Positions 7,783 to 17,701 of a stretch of DNA of 64,000 bases are shown here, one piece after another. The position numbers and the translations under genes are program-made. The DNA is taken from positions 263,472 to 327,471 of the forward strand of contig JACRHV010000004.1 of NCBI GenBank assembly GCA_016211945.1. Reading direction: 5' to 3'. The first letter of the stretch is position 1, and every line of letters starts with the position of its first letter. The stretch is from Minisyncoccota bacterium. GTDB lineage: Bacteria; Patescibacteriota; Microgenomatia; UBA1400; UBA12028. Below the pieces are notes generated by a model. The model was not told the DNA's origin, did no database searches, and saw only the letters and a list, made by a program, of their open reading frames with translations.

Positions 7783-9167
7783 GTTTTCTCCGTTTGTGTA
7801 GGATCTTTCAAAAAGATACGAAGAAGCGTTCGCGTGACAACAATACCAGTAAATAATCCTACAAGAATTCCCAAGGCTAGGGTAAGTGCGAAACCCCGAA
7901 CCATACCGCTACGATTCAAAAACTCAAACTCAAACGGATTAAAAAGAATGAAACTTGTAAATAGTGTTGCAACGTTTGCGTCTTTAATACTGTCCCACGC
8001 TCGGCCAAATCCCAATCGCATTGCTAGATCGAACGGCTTGCCCAGTCGCAGTTCTTCCTTCATCCGTTCAAAGATTAAAATATTACTGTCCACCACCATC
8101 CCAATAGACAACAAAAGACCGGCAATACCGGGTAATGTTAAGGTAATTGGCATCAATTTATAGATCGCAATCGTGATGAGGGCGTACATCGCAAGTGCGA
8201 GATCGGCCAACATACCTTTCCAGCCGTACAACAGAATCATAAAAAGCGCGACCAACCCAACACCGATAAGTCCAGCACGAGCCGTCTTCTCAACAGCTTC
8301 TTTTCCTAAACTCGCGCCAACCGTTTCCTGCTGCACAACCTGAATTGGGACCGGCAAGGCGCCTGCATTTAACTGCACACTAAGTTGTTTTGCTGACTCA
8401 ACAGTAAACCCGCCACTAATTTCTGCGATCCCACTCAAAATCGCCTCGTTCACACTCGGAAGTGTCACCGGAAAATCATCCAAAAAGATACCCACGCGTT
8501 TTCCAACATTACGTGCGGTGATTTCACCAAACTTTTTCTTCCCTTCATCGCTAAACTCCAAGGTCACAATCGGCTGTGCATTTTTACTACTGAACTGCAC
8601 TCCCGATCGTTTTAAGTCTTTCCCTGTCAACCCCGTGGGGAGAAAGTTCGCAAACGGATCTTGCTGAACTTGTGCTTGAGTCTGAGGTTTTGCCGACTGT
8701 GTAGACTCTTCACGAAAATCAAGTTGCGCCGTCGTACCAATCAATGCAACTGCCTGCGACGCATCGGTTACTCCAGGCAATTCCACAATAATACGATAGG
8801 TATTACCTGAAAACGATGTCTTAATAGTAGACTCACTCACACCATACAAATCAACACGACGAGCAATAATTTCGCGCGCACTTTGAAATGCAGACTCTCT
8901 ATCTGTTTGCGCAATCTTGCTCATATCTGCTTCTAGCACCACACGCGTTCCGCCTTGAATATCCAAACCCATCTTTAACTCCAAATCGCGCTTAAACGGG
9001 ATGTTATACTTTGATAAATCGAGAGCAGGTCGATCAAACTGATTCGAAATATCGATATTTTTCCAATGCAACTCAATAGGTACTTTTGCGGGCAATGCAA
9101 TAACCAAACATACAGCAGCCAAAAGAATAAGAAACACCAGTGTTTTTAATGGCAGTTTGTTTTTCAT
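7779..9167 (-). CDS. secD: protein translocase subunit SecD
   Basis: 462 aa with a periplasmic domain plus a C-terminal 6-TM SecDF-type region (GIAGLLLSIGMVVDSNILIFERM). Confidence 0.9.
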   Translation of the reverse strand: MKNKLPLKTLVFLILLAAVCLVIALPAKVPIELHWKNIDISNQFDRPALDLSKYNIPFKRDLELKMGLDIQGGTRVVLEADMSKIAQTDRESAFQSAREIIARRVDLYGVSESTIKTSFSGNTYRIIVELPGVTDASQAVALIGTTAQLDFREESTQSAKPQTQAQVQQDPFANFLPTGLTGKDLKRSGVQFSSKNAQPIVTLEFSDEGKKKFGEITARNVGKRVGIFLDDFPVTLPSVNEAILSGIAEISGGFTVESAKQLSVQLNAGALPVPIQVVQQETVGASLGKEAVEKTARAGLIGVGLVALFMILLYGWKGMLADLALAMYALITIAIYKLMPITLTLPGIAGLLLSIGMVVDSNILIFERMKEELRLGKPFDLAMRLGFGRAWDSIKDANVATLFTSFILFNPFEFEFLNRSGMVRGFALTLALGILVGLFTGIVVTRTLLRIFLKDPTQTEKT

Positions 9168-9763
9168 GGGAGCGCTGGTTTTCTTGAAAGCATGTCCTCT
9201 TCGTCACCAATCACCATGACGCGTGGAAGTTCAAGGATGCCGATTAAAAACGGATCGCGACGTGTTTTGCGAAACTCAAGTTCTTCCTCGCTCATCACCG
9301 TGTAGTTTATTTCACGCCCACGAGTTTTTTCCTCTTCTCGTACGAGCGCCGCTAGCTCCGGTAAAACAATATCACCGACAACTAAAATATCCACCTCATC
9401 GTGCATACGCTGTTCGTGTTTGGCAAACTTTCCGGTAAACATCACATATTTCACTGTTCCTAATTTTTTCCGATTTTTTTTGATTTCATGTCCCAAACCA
9501 GTGGTTTTTGCAACCAAACGGGTGAGCTCTGAATAAAACTCGTATCCACGATTGAGTGTGTAGTATTTGCGATTTCCACGATCTTCACATCGCACCATGC
9601 CGGCTGTTGTCATACGATCAAGCTCGCGACGAACAGCATTAATCTCCTCGTCAATCTTTCGCGTCATCTCACGCACATACCACATTTCACTGGGATTCTC
9701 GAAGAAAAGTTGGAACAATTTTACGCGGACCTTGGACAAGATAAAATCTGATAACTCTGCCAT
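9164..9763 (-). CDS. winged-helix DNA-binding protein with a C-terminal nucleotidyltransferase-like region; putative regulator
   Basis: N-terminal wHTH-like segment (KVRVKLFQLFFENPSEMWYVREMTRKIDEEINAVRRELDRMTTAGMV). C-terminal D-x-D-containing segment (DEVDILVVGD). Its stop overlaps the secD start (ATGA at 9164-9167). Confidence 0.45.
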   Translation of the reverse strand: MAELSDFILSKVRVKLFQLFFENPSEMWYVREMTRKIDEEINAVRRELDRMTTAGMVRCEDRGNRKYYTLNRGYEFYSELTRLVAKTTGLGHEIKKNRKKLGTVKYVMFTGKFAKHEQRMHDEVDILVVGDIVLPELAALVREEEKTRGREINYTVMSEEELEFRKTRRDPFLIGILELPRVMVIGDEEDMLSRKPALP

Positions 9764-9836
9764 AGTTGGCCCTCACTATACACGATTTTTTTGAAAACGA
9801 AAAGTACTCAAAAACACAACTATTTCGCTCTATATC

Positions 9837-11048
9837 TCAATACGTCGGTTTTATTTCCATGTTCACAACAGAAATCCAGATTGGACCTCGAGCAAACTTC
9901 ACTGGTTTGCCTCCAGCCGAAAACGTCATACGTGATTCACGGTCTTTCTTTGACCATGTCGCTTCTATAGCATTACCGTTCTGGAATATCCATGCTTTCC
10001 CTGTGCCACCAGTCACAATGTAATTGTGTTTGTGCACATCGACCGACGGATATTCTTTGGTCTGAATCACCACCACATTTTTCATCTCAATTTGCGCGTT
10101 CGTATTGAGGTCTAGGTGTGGCTCTCCCCCCATCACGCGCTTGTACATGTTTGTTGCAAGGTTATAGTCCCACTCAACAGTAAAATCTTTATATCCTGTC
10201 CAGAATTCGTAGGCTACCTTGTTTACTGTCCCTCGCGAACCTGAAGCCGCCTCATCCTGGAATAGCCACTTGACGAACTTGTCACGCCAATCTGCTCCCG
10301 GGACTATTTTCCCTCGTACCTTCGTGTCCGGGCTCATGTTTGTGTATTTGCGTTTTTCACCGAGCGCCCACAGCCGTTCTGTGCTGGACTCCATGGTGTG
10401 TTCTGTCGCCAAGTCCTCTTTATCTGGCAAACGATTGTAGTTGCGGACAAATGTTGGATAGCCTATGGAGAACTGGTTGAGATCATTGCGCAGTGTCCAT
10501 CCGTAGTCACTCAAATGTTCCAGTGCGCGGACGCGCGGATCGGTATCATCACCATTTGATCCACCCACGTGCGCATACAACGGCATGTTGTACTCAGAAG
10601 CCATATCCAAGAAAAACTGGCGAGCAGAACGAACCGGTGCGATGATCGTGTCTTTTGCCTGCGCCTCACAGTAAAAGATCGGCATGAATCTGGTGATACC
10701 ACCCTCAACAACCGCTTCATACACAATGTCAGCTCTGCTCAAACCGGATTGAGGCCGCGCTTCCGTGTGATTTTCTATCATGACCGCGAGTGGACGACGA
10801 GTATCCCACGACTCCCGCTCGGTGACGGTGTACATTTTCCCGTTGAGCGGACATTCCTCTGTTTTTGGCGCTTCAGGGGCAACCGCTAATCGGTTGGATG
10901 GATCTGCTGTTGGAACTGCGGTTTGTTCAATTTGTGCTGGATTGATCAGACTTGAAGAAGAGTCCCCACTCACCATACTGAACACGGCAAACGTTCCAGC
11001 GGCTGAGATGAGATAGGCCAATAGTGCGGGAAGAATAACGCGTTTCAT
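9837..11048 (-). CDS. secreted DUF3048-family protein (YerB-like)
   Basis: Signal peptide MKRVILPALLAYLISAAGTFAVFS. Central segment ADIVYEAVVEGGITRFMPIFY resembles DUF3048 proteins of Firmicutes. Confidence 0.5.
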   Translation of the reverse strand: MKRVILPALLAYLISAAGTFAVFSMVSGDSSSSLINPAQIEQTAVPTADPSNRLAVAPEAPKTEECPLNGKMYTVTERESWDTRRPLAVMIENHTEARPQSGLSRADIVYEAVVEGGITRFMPIFYCEAQAKDTIIAPVRSARQFFLDMASEYNMPLYAHVGGSNGDDTDPRVRALEHLSDYGWTLRNDLNQFSIGYPTFVRNYNRLPDKEDLATEHTMESSTERLWALGEKRKYTNMSPDTKVRGKIVPGADWRDKFVKWLFQDEAASGSRGTVNKVAYEFWTGYKDFTVEWDYNLATNMYKRVMGGEPHLDLNTNAQIEMKNVVVIQTKEYPSVDVHKHNYIVTGGTGKAWIFQNGNAIEATWSKKDRESRMTFSAGGKPVKFARGPIWISVVNMEIKPTY

Positions 11049-11518
11049 GAATGTCCTTTCATAGCTTGAGTGATAGCCTCTTGCTCTTCTTTCGAAAAAT
11101 CTTGTTTCTTGCCATTTTTCTGACGGATTTCCTTTGCGTACACTCGCGTCAAATCACGGCTATGCAGTGATGTTAGCACATATCCATCGTTGTCTGCATT
11201 AAGCAAACTCATCGAAAAACTTTGATTTCCACCCGTATCATCGAATGGATTGAATCGAACCATTGCGTATTTTTGAATGTTCTTTTTTGAGAGATCCTGG
11301 TGTTTTTCCAGGTTAAGGCGGAGTGTTTTTATTTCTTCCTGTTGTTTATTGAGTTTACTATCGATCAACTCAAGGATTGTTTTGAGATCTTTTTTACTAA
11401 CACCAGTAGTAAGAAGTTTAAACACTTGTTGTTGTTTTACGTACAGCACAGTGAGAGCTAAATACCAAAATACACTTAATCCTACGACAACGAGAAGCAT
11501 TACTTGTATATCCATCAC
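11045..11518 (-). CDS. membrane-anchored DUF4446-like protein
   Basis: N-terminal TM, coiled-coil segment, C-terminal YAMVRFNPFDDTGGNQSFSMSLLNADNDGYVLTSLHSRDLTRVYAKEI resembling the DUF4446 family. Overlaps the upstream gene by 4 nt. Confidence 0.45.
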   Translation of the reverse strand: MMDIQVMLLVVVGLSVFWYLALTVLYVKQQQVFKLLTTGVSKKDLKTILELIDSKLNKQQEEIKTLRLNLEKHQDLSKKNIQKYAMVRFNPFDDTGGNQSFSMSLLNADNDGYVLTSLHSRDLTRVYAKEIRQKNGKKQDFSKEEQEAITQAMKGHS

Positions 11519-11861
11519 TCCATTGTATGAGTGATATGGTAGACTTGTCCATATGGGACAGCACAGGACGCGCGAGCAAAAAGAGAAGGCTGCGGCAAGG
11601 CGAATTCAGCAACCAACCGTTACCTATTCGTTGGCTGGTTTGACACCAATTGAGAGGCGGGGTGTTGTTTCAGCAAAACAACAGGCGGAACAGAAAGAGT
11701 TTGTGAACTATTTTCGACATGACATGGTAAAAACGTTGGTGGTGTGCTTGGTGATTGCCGGGATCATTGCAGGGTTGTGGTTGAAACTTCGATAGTGATG
11801 GATGTATCAATTTTTCTTTACTTGGTGGTGTACAATATTGGCATAAAGAAAATGGAGGTTT

Positions 11862-12221
11862 ATGCCACCAAGATTAGATAAGTTGACTCGCATAGACAGA
11901 TTGTATTTCGAGGTTGCAACATTGAATGCGGACGGATTCTTTCGAGGTTTTCTTAAAAAATATCCAGAAACCTTTAATTGTGAACATTACCATACTCCAG
12001 AAATGATCCAAAAAAGATTGGCTGAAGCAATCTTCTTATCATCCCTTTTACCAAGGCACTATACGATAACTTTTGTAAAAGCAGTCCCTCCTGTTGGCAA
12101 TGTTAGCCGATCAGAAGTTCATACATTGCGGACAGGAACCGTTACATGGAGTTTGTGGGCAGAATTTGCTGATCAACGGGGAGTGGCATGCTACTTTGCA
12201 AAAACTGAGGCTCAACAATAA
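11862..12221 (+). CDS. hypothetical protein (119 aa)
   Basis: ORF-track entry; ATG preceded by AAATGGAGG. No family recognised. Confidence 0.3.
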   Translation: MPPRLDKLTRIDRLYFEVATLNADGFFRGFLKKYPETFNCEHYHTPEMIQKRLAEAIFLSSLLPRHYTITFVKAVPPVGNVSRSEVHTLRTGTVTWSLWAEFADQRGVACYFAKTEAQQ

Positions 12222-12228
12222 GAAAAAA

Positions 12229-13299
12229 CTACACCACCAACTTCCCCTCTTTCAAAATCGTTTTCCCGTCAGCAATGACAACACTTCCTTTTGAGGTCAT
12301 GTCTTTAATGATGTCCATGTGAATCGCGGATTTGTTGTATCCTTTACACTCCTCATACGCTTCGCCCAACGCCATATGCACGGTTCCCTGCATCTTTTCA
12401 TCAAATAGCACGTTGTACATATAGTTTCGTATTCCAGGATTGGCGCCAACCGCAAACTCACCGAGCCTCCGTGCACCTTCATCCGTATCCAAAATCTTGA
12501 TGAGAAAATCCTGGTTTTCTGATGCTGTCGCCTTCACAACTTTTCCTTTTTCAAAAAAGAGATGAATATCTCGAATCATTTTTCCTTGGCGGAGAAGTGG
12601 GTAGTTAAAGTACACCTCACCTTCTACGGAATCATCGACTGGCGCAGTAAACGCTTCACCATCTGGCATGTTGTACTGTCCAGCGCATGGGATAAACAGA
12701 CGGCCTTTGGCTGAAAGTTTGAGGTTTGTCTTTTCGCCACGCACTTCAATAAGTTTTGCATTTGTCATCATGTCTGCGAGTTTTTTGAGGCGTGCGTATT
12801 CTTTTTTCCAATCTCTATTACAGGCGTTATAGAAAAAGTCACAAAAATCCTCGTATCCCATGTTGGCGTCTTGGGCCATCGCGGGGGTCGGGTAGTAGGT
12901 AAGCACCCACGGCTTTTTAATACTGATATCACGAATAGGTTTGAGAATCTTGGATCGAACAAGCATTTTTTTAGAGTCTGCTTGTGAGAGTTCACGTGTA
13001 TTTTGATCTGCCACAATCGTGATTGACTTGTCCGACCATTCTGCTAAGAATTTTGCAATCTCCGGCTTTGCGGTAAGTTGTTTTTCTTTTGCGTGGTCGA
13101 AGTAATATTTTGTTGTGTTTTCATCGCCGATATCAATGTATGGAAGCGAACCTACATCAATAAGCTTCTTAAACACTTCGCGAGCAAGTGGAAGGCCGAG
13201 AGGAGTTGTTACCTTTACCCATACTTTATCTAACGGCTTTGCCTTAATGGAATAGTTCACAAGAATATCTGCGAGTTTCGTGTTGCGTGAGTCGGACAT
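12229..13299 (-). CDS. aminopeptidase, M29 (AmpS/PepS) family
   Basis: C-terminal half (GEFAVGANPGI...FDEKMQGTVHMALGEAY...SAIHMDII) matches the thermophilic-aminopeptidase M29 signature. Confidence 0.65.
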   Translation of the reverse strand: MSDSRNTKLADILVNYSIKAKPLDKVWVKVTTPLGLPLAREVFKKLIDVGSLPYIDIGDENTTKYYFDHAKEKQLTAKPEIAKFLAEWSDKSITIVADQNTRELSQADSKKMLVRSKILKPIRDISIKKPWVLTYYPTPAMAQDANMGYEDFCDFFYNACNRDWKKEYARLKKLADMMTNAKLIEVRGEKTNLKLSAKGRLFIPCAGQYNMPDGEAFTAPVDDSVEGEVYFNYPLLRQGKMIRDIHLFFEKGKVVKATASENQDFLIKILDTDEGARRLGEFAVGANPGIRNYMYNVLFDEKMQGTVHMALGEAYEECKGYNKSAIHMDIIKDMTSKGSVVIADGKTILKEGKLVV

Positions 13300-13527
13300 G
13301 ATTCGGATATCATATCATACGAGAGTTGCAAAGCTGTTTTTGTTGTGATAGTATTTTCGTTGATGAGTCACGAAGAATTTCATACTGAACAAAATGAATT
13401 TTTCCTCCCTAAAGATTTACTTGGTTAGCACAGACCTCCACATCATCATTATGCGTATGCATACCCTGGGGAACAGCCTGAAGGCATTCGTTCAAGAATT
13501 CGCCAAGGAGTTGGAGGTCCAAAACAT

Positions 13528-13794
13528 TTGGAGATTGATGCAGAAATACATGGTCATATCCACAAAGCAAAAGAGAGTCCACTTCGTATAGGGGAGATTG
13601 TTACTATGACTTTTCTCTATGGTGGGAGAAAAGAAACATGGAAAGTTATAGTTGATACTATCCATCAACAAGGAACTGTTGTTAGGGGAAGTGGTGATAC
13701 TCCCATGATAATCCAAAACGATCCAGAAAATATTGGGTACGAAATTACCGGATTTTGCGTAGAGCTTATTTCAAGTGAAACCATTACTCATTAG
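13528..13794 (+). CDS. hypothetical protein (88 aa, TTG start)
   Basis: ORF-track entry starting at TTG, with GGAGG 11 nt upstream. Ends 4 nt into the rdgB gene on the opposite strand. Weak call. Confidence 0.25.
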   Translation: MEIDAEIHGHIHKAKESPLRIGEIVTMTFLYGGRKETWKVIVDTIHQQGTVVRGSGDTPMIIQNDPENIGYEITGFCVELISSETITH

Positions 13795-14375
13795 TTATAA
13801 TTTTGTAAATATTTCTTCATTTTCCCTAGCGCCTTCGCCCTATGTGAAATTGTATTTTTCACCTCATTCCCCAACTCACCAAATGTTTTCTCGTATCCAT
13901 TCGGAATAAAAATGGGGTCGTATCCAAACCCCCGGGACCCCCGCGGCTCTTCAGCAAGCTTTCCAACCACTTCACCAAAGAAACTGTTGTGCATCTGTGT
14001 AACTGGATCATATATAACAATGCATGACACAAACTTCGCTCCTCGCTTTGTTTGCCCTTCCATCGTCTTCAACAATTTTTGCACTCGCTCTTCATCACTT
14101 TTTGCGAATCGGGAAGAATATACTCCCAACTCCCCAGGAAGCGCCTCAACCTCGATACCAGAATCATCAGCTATCGTAAGAAGTCCAGAAATATCTCCCG
14201 CATGTTTTGCCTTGATCAGCGCATTCTCTTCATAGGTAGTTCCTGTTTCTTCCGGTTCGGGCACAGACAGGCTAATATCATCCAGAGTGAGAACCTCCCA
14301 CCCTATGGAACCGAGAACCTCCGAGATTTCTTTTTTCTTTCCCGCATTGTGCGTTGCAATCAATAATTTCTTCAT
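13791..14375 (-). CDS. rdgB: non-canonical purine NTP pyrophosphatase (RdgB/Ham1, dITP/XTP pyrophosphatase)
   Basis: LIATHNAGKKKEI N-terminus and FGYDPIFIP C-terminal motif; 194 aa. Confidence 0.85.
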   Translation of the reverse strand: MKKLLIATHNAGKKKEISEVLGSIGWEVLTLDDISLSVPEPEETGTTYEENALIKAKHAGDISGLLTIADDSGIEVEALPGELGVYSSRFAKSDEERVQKLLKTMEGQTKRGAKFVSCIVIYDPVTQMHNSFFGEVVGKLAEEPRGSRGFGYDPIFIPNGYEKTFGELGNEVKNTISHRAKALGKMKKYLQNYN

Positions 14376-15043
14376 GGTGTTATCATACGAGCAGTGCTAT
14401 GCAACCGCAATCTTCTCTTCGTCATACATTAGAAATCTTACAAAAAACATACATCTCCCACCCCATGCATGAGGCGTTTCACCACGATCCATTTCAGATG
14501 CTCGTGGCAGTGATTTTGTCCCAACGCGCCACCGATGCAATGACTATTTCCGTTGCCCAAAAATTGTTTGAAGTTACGCCGACACCACAGGCTATTACTG
14601 CCCTCAATATGCAAGTCTTAGAAAAGATTATTCGCCCTATCGGCTTCTTTCACACAAAGGCTCTTGCGTTACAAAAACTATCACGCGTACTCATCGAAAC
14701 ATTTGACGGCAAAGTTCCAACCACAGAATCTGAGTTACTTTCTCTCCCGCAAGTCGGCAGAAAAACCGCGAACATCATGCTGACCTTATTCTTTCACACT
14801 CCACAGATTGCGGTCGATGTCCATGTGCATCGCATCACAAACCGGCTTGGATGGGTCAACACAAAAACAGTTGAGGAAACCGAACTTTCGCTTACAAAAA
14901 TAATTCCAAAAGATTTGATTTATGATGTGAATCGAGTGTTTGTCCGCCATGGACAAGAAATATGTAGACCAATAAGTCCGAAATGTTCAATTTGTCCTGT
15001 GCAAAAATATTGCAAGAAAGTTGGGGTCACACAGTCAAGGTAA
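14354..15043 (+). CDS. nth: endonuclease III (HhH-GPD DNA glycosylase with 4Fe-4S cluster)
   Basis: HhH segment LPQVGRKTANIM and C-terminal CRPISPKCSICPVQKYC iron-sulfur motif. Confidence 0.85.
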   Translation: MQSIISSWCYHTSSAMQPQSSLRHTLEILQKTYISHPMHEAFHHDPFQMLVAVILSQRATDAMTISVAQKLFEVTPTPQAITALNMQVLEKIIRPIGFFHTKALALQKLSRVLIETFDGKVPTTESELLSLPQVGRKTANIMLTLFFHTPQIAVDVHVHRITNRLGWVNTKTVEETELSLTKIIPKDLIYDVNRVFVRHGQEICRPISPKCSICPVQKYCKKVGVTQSR

Positions 15044-15082
15044 AAAGCGGATATAAAGGTGTATACTGTAAAAAAGGAGGAG

Positions 15083-15339
15083 AAGTGGGAGGACTTAATG
15101 CGCTTAAGACTGGGGAAGTAGATGGATATCACGTGCGTTACGTTGCCCACAGTACAGATGGTCGAAGTGAGGAAGATGTTCATGCAGAATGTCGTGCTAT
15201 TTTAGAAAAGATTTCTCAATCAATGGCAACCGGGGAACTTATTCTTATGAGAAACGGAAATTCTTCTCAGGAACTTGTACACAAAAGTCATGTGGGCGAT
15301 CGTATCCAAAAAGGATGGGTTGTTGTTTCATTGAGGTAA
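15083..15339 (+). CDS. small hypothetical protein (about 85 aa, GTG start)
   Basis: AAGGAGGAGAA 3 nt upstream of the GTG at 15083 (an ATG at 15096 is also possible). In frame with track ORF 14983..15339. No family recognised. Confidence 0.3.
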
Positions 15340-15390
15340 ATCCACATCGTCACATTGCCCTCTTTCTCCCCCTTGGTATATAGTATCCCT

Positions 15391-16323
15391 ATGAACATTT
15401 CCTGTTCGTTCAAAGTTGCGATCGTTGGTCTTGGGAAGGTTGGGATGTCGGCGGCCTACGCAATGATGCTCGAAGGCACACCAACCGATATTATTCTCCT
15501 TGCACGTGATAAAGAGAAAGCGATTGGGGAAAAACTTGACCTCGAGCATGCACTTCCGTTTTTAGATTTTGTGAATATTATTGCAACAGATGATTATGCC
15601 GATCTCGCGGGTACCCATCTCGTGATTGTTACTGCGGGCGCCGCGCAAAAGCCTGGGGAAACTCGATTGGATTTGTGTGCAAATAACCGCGCCATCATGG
15701 CAGAGATCTTACCTAAAATTAACGCAGCTGCACCGGATGCAATTATCCTTATGATTGCAAATCCCGTCGATGTGTTGGTGCAGTTTGCCAACAGTATTTT
15801 GCCAAATGCAAAAGGTCGAATCTTTGGATCCGGCACCATGCTCGATACCGCTCGATTCCGTTTCCATCTTGCAGAAACGCTCCATGTGAATCCGAGAAGT
15901 GTCCATGCATACGTTTTGGGTGAACACGGCGACAGTTCTTTCCCCGTCTATGCAAATGCAACAGTTGGCGGACAAAAACTCATGGAGTTCCCCGGTATGA
16001 GCGCAGAAATTATTCAAGATGCGTACAAGAAAGCGCGCGAAGCCGCATATAACATTATCAAAGCAAAAGGTGCAACGTACTACGCGATCGGTGTGGTAGC
16101 AACCAAGATTATGGAGGCAGTGTTCTCTGATGCAAAAACTGTTCTCCCACTTTCTGTTCCACTGGATAATTACTATGGCCTTTCTGGAGTTTCATTGAGT
16201 GTTCCATGTATTTTGGGCGCGCGTGGCATTGAACAAGTGCTTCACCTTGATCTTTCACAAGAAGAGCAGGCAAATTTGAAAAAGTCAGCAGAAACACTTG
16301 CGCAATACAATAAAGAGTTATGA
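15391..16323 (+). CDS. ldh: L-lactate dehydrogenase
   Basis: KVAIVGLGKVGMSAAYAM Rossmann segment, AGAAQKPGETRLDL, IANPVDVL, GSGTMLDTARFRF, VLGEHGDS. Start placed at the ATG at 15391 rather than the upstream TTG. The stop overlaps the next gene (ATGA). Confidence 0.85.
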   Translation: MNISCSFKVAIVGLGKVGMSAAYAMMLEGTPTDIILLARDKEKAIGEKLDLEHALPFLDFVNIIATDDYADLAGTHLVIVTAGAAQKPGETRLDLCANNRAIMAEILPKINAAAPDAIILMIANPVDVLVQFANSILPNAKGRIFGSGTMLDTARFRFHLAETLHVNPRSVHAYVLGEHGDSSFPVYANATVGGQKLMEFPGMSAEIIQDAYKKAREAAYNIIKAKGATYYAIGVVATKIMEAVFSDAKTVLPLSVPLDNYYGLSGVSLSVPCILGARGIEQVLHLDLSQEEQANLKKSAETLAQYNKEL

Positions 16324-17168
16324 ACATTCTCAAAGCAAACGGACAACTCGAGCCTTTTGACGAACACAAGTTCCGCCGATCCTTACGACATGCACACATC
16401 TCAAAAGAGTTCCACGATCAAGTTGTTACATCAGTAACACAGTCACTCTATGAAGGTATTCCGACGCGTGAAATTTACAAACATGTGTATGACTTTTTAA
16501 ACGGAAATTTTCCCATGGGCTCTTGTACATATAATCTTAAGCAGGCGATTATGGAGCTTGGCCCCAGTGGGTATCCATTTGAACGATACGTTGGGAAGTT
16601 ACTGGAGCGGCAGGGATATCAAGTACGGGTTGGGCAGATGATTCGAGGAACATGTGTTGCACACGAGATTGACGTCCTCGCAGAAAAAGACCACGAGCAT
16701 TTTATGGTTGAGTGCAAGTTCCACAACGAACGTGGATTAAAATCTGATGTAAAGGTTGCGCTCTATGTATGGGCGCGATATCAAGATATTTTACAATCTT
16801 GGCTTGCCAAGGAGCCGGAGGAAGAAAAAGAAAAGTTGCACCAAGCTTGGCTGGTAACCAACACAAAGTTCAGCGAGGATGCGCTCCAGTACGGCCAATG
16901 CGTTGGGATGAAGATGGTGGGATGGAGCTATCCAGAAAAGGGAAATTTGCAGGAGTTGATTGAAAAGACCTGCCTTCATCCTATTACGAGTTTATCTTCT
17001 TTGGGTACTTCGCAAAAACAATATCTGTTGTCGCAAGACGTGGTGATTGCGACTGATCTGGAAACACGACAGGACGTTGTGGAAAATCTTCACTTGCCTT
17101 CTGAAACATTGACAGCATTACACAAAGAGCTTGAGATGTTAAAAACGTGTGTGTTGAGGGAAGAATAA
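16320..17168 (+). CDS. ATP-cone domain fused to an Mrr-like PD-(D/E)xK restriction-endonuclease-fold domain
   Basis: N-terminal ILKANGQLEPFDEHKFRRSL...TREIYKHVYDFL matches an ATP-cone. The following region has D...E.K catalytic-like residues (HEIDVLAEKD...FMVECKF). Translationally coupled to ldh. Confidence 0.55.
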   Translation: MNILKANGQLEPFDEHKFRRSLRHAHISKEFHDQVVTSVTQSLYEGIPTREIYKHVYDFLNGNFPMGSCTYNLKQAIMELGPSGYPFERYVGKLLERQGYQVRVGQMIRGTCVAHEIDVLAEKDHEHFMVECKFHNERGLKSDVKVALYVWARYQDILQSWLAKEPEEEKEKLHQAWLVTNTKFSEDALQYGQCVGMKMVGWSYPEKGNLQELIEKTCLHPITSLSSLGTSQKQYLLSQDVVIATDLETRQDVVENLHLPSETLTALHKELEMLKTCVLREE

Positions 17169-17195
17169 GAGAGGTAACTGCTTACCCTACCTCTG
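17166..17195. terminator. Inverted repeat between convergent genes (weak, factor-independent terminator candidate)
   Basis: GAGGTAACTGCTTACCCTACCTC (GAGGTA/TACCTC arms) lies between the stop at 17168 (+) and the stop at 17187 (-). No strong T-run follows. Confidence 0.3.
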
Positions 17196-17420
17196 TCCAC
17201 TCTCGGCGGCCGCTCTAGTTCTTTGTACTTCAGCCAACATTTCTGCAGCTTCTTTAGGATGTATGTCTGCATAAATAGCCCACGCTTCTCGTTTGGTTAT
17301 TGTCTTACCACTCGCAATGATAGGAAAAGCTACTGACTCTATAGCTTTTTGGAAGGAAGATTTTGGAAATTCAAGTTTTCCCCCGTTTCTTCTTGCTTCG
17401 TGAGTTGGACAAAGTGACAT
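17187..17420 (-). CDS. small hypothetical protein (77 aa)
   Basis: ORF-track entry; start preceded by GGGAGGAAAT. Last gene of a co-directional trio with the two genes upstream. Confidence 0.35.
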   Translation of the reverse strand: MSLCPTHEARRNGGKLEFPKSSFQKAIESVAFPIIASGKTITKREAWAIYADIHPKEAAEMLAEVQRTRAAAESGQR

Positions 17421-17432
17421 ATTTCCTCCCGG

Positions 17433-17660
17433 TTATTTTTTTTCTTGCTGATTCGATCGAATAAATACTTCATATGCTGCGGCAACCACAGAATTTTCTG
17501 CCTTGAATTTTTCATATGCTGCTTGTCGTGTAATTCCTTCTGCCGTTGCTTGTGTTTGTATTTGCTCCGTAAGACTCTGAAAAAAAGCATAGGTCATTGG
17601 ACCTTCTCCATTTATCAAATTTATGTGCGTTCCACCTGGTAGTATGTTCCCTGTCCCCAT
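17433..17660 (-). CDS. small hypothetical protein (75 aa)
   Basis: ORF-track entry, 12 nt upstream of the 77-aa ORF. No family recognised. Confidence 0.35.
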   Translation of the reverse strand: MGTGNILPGGTHINLINGEGPMTYAFFQSLTEQIQTQATAEGITRQAAYEKFKAENSVVAAAYEVFIRSNQQEKK

Positions 17661-17701
17661 ATATCCCTCCTTTTCGTATTATTATATACCCACCTTCAAT
17701 C

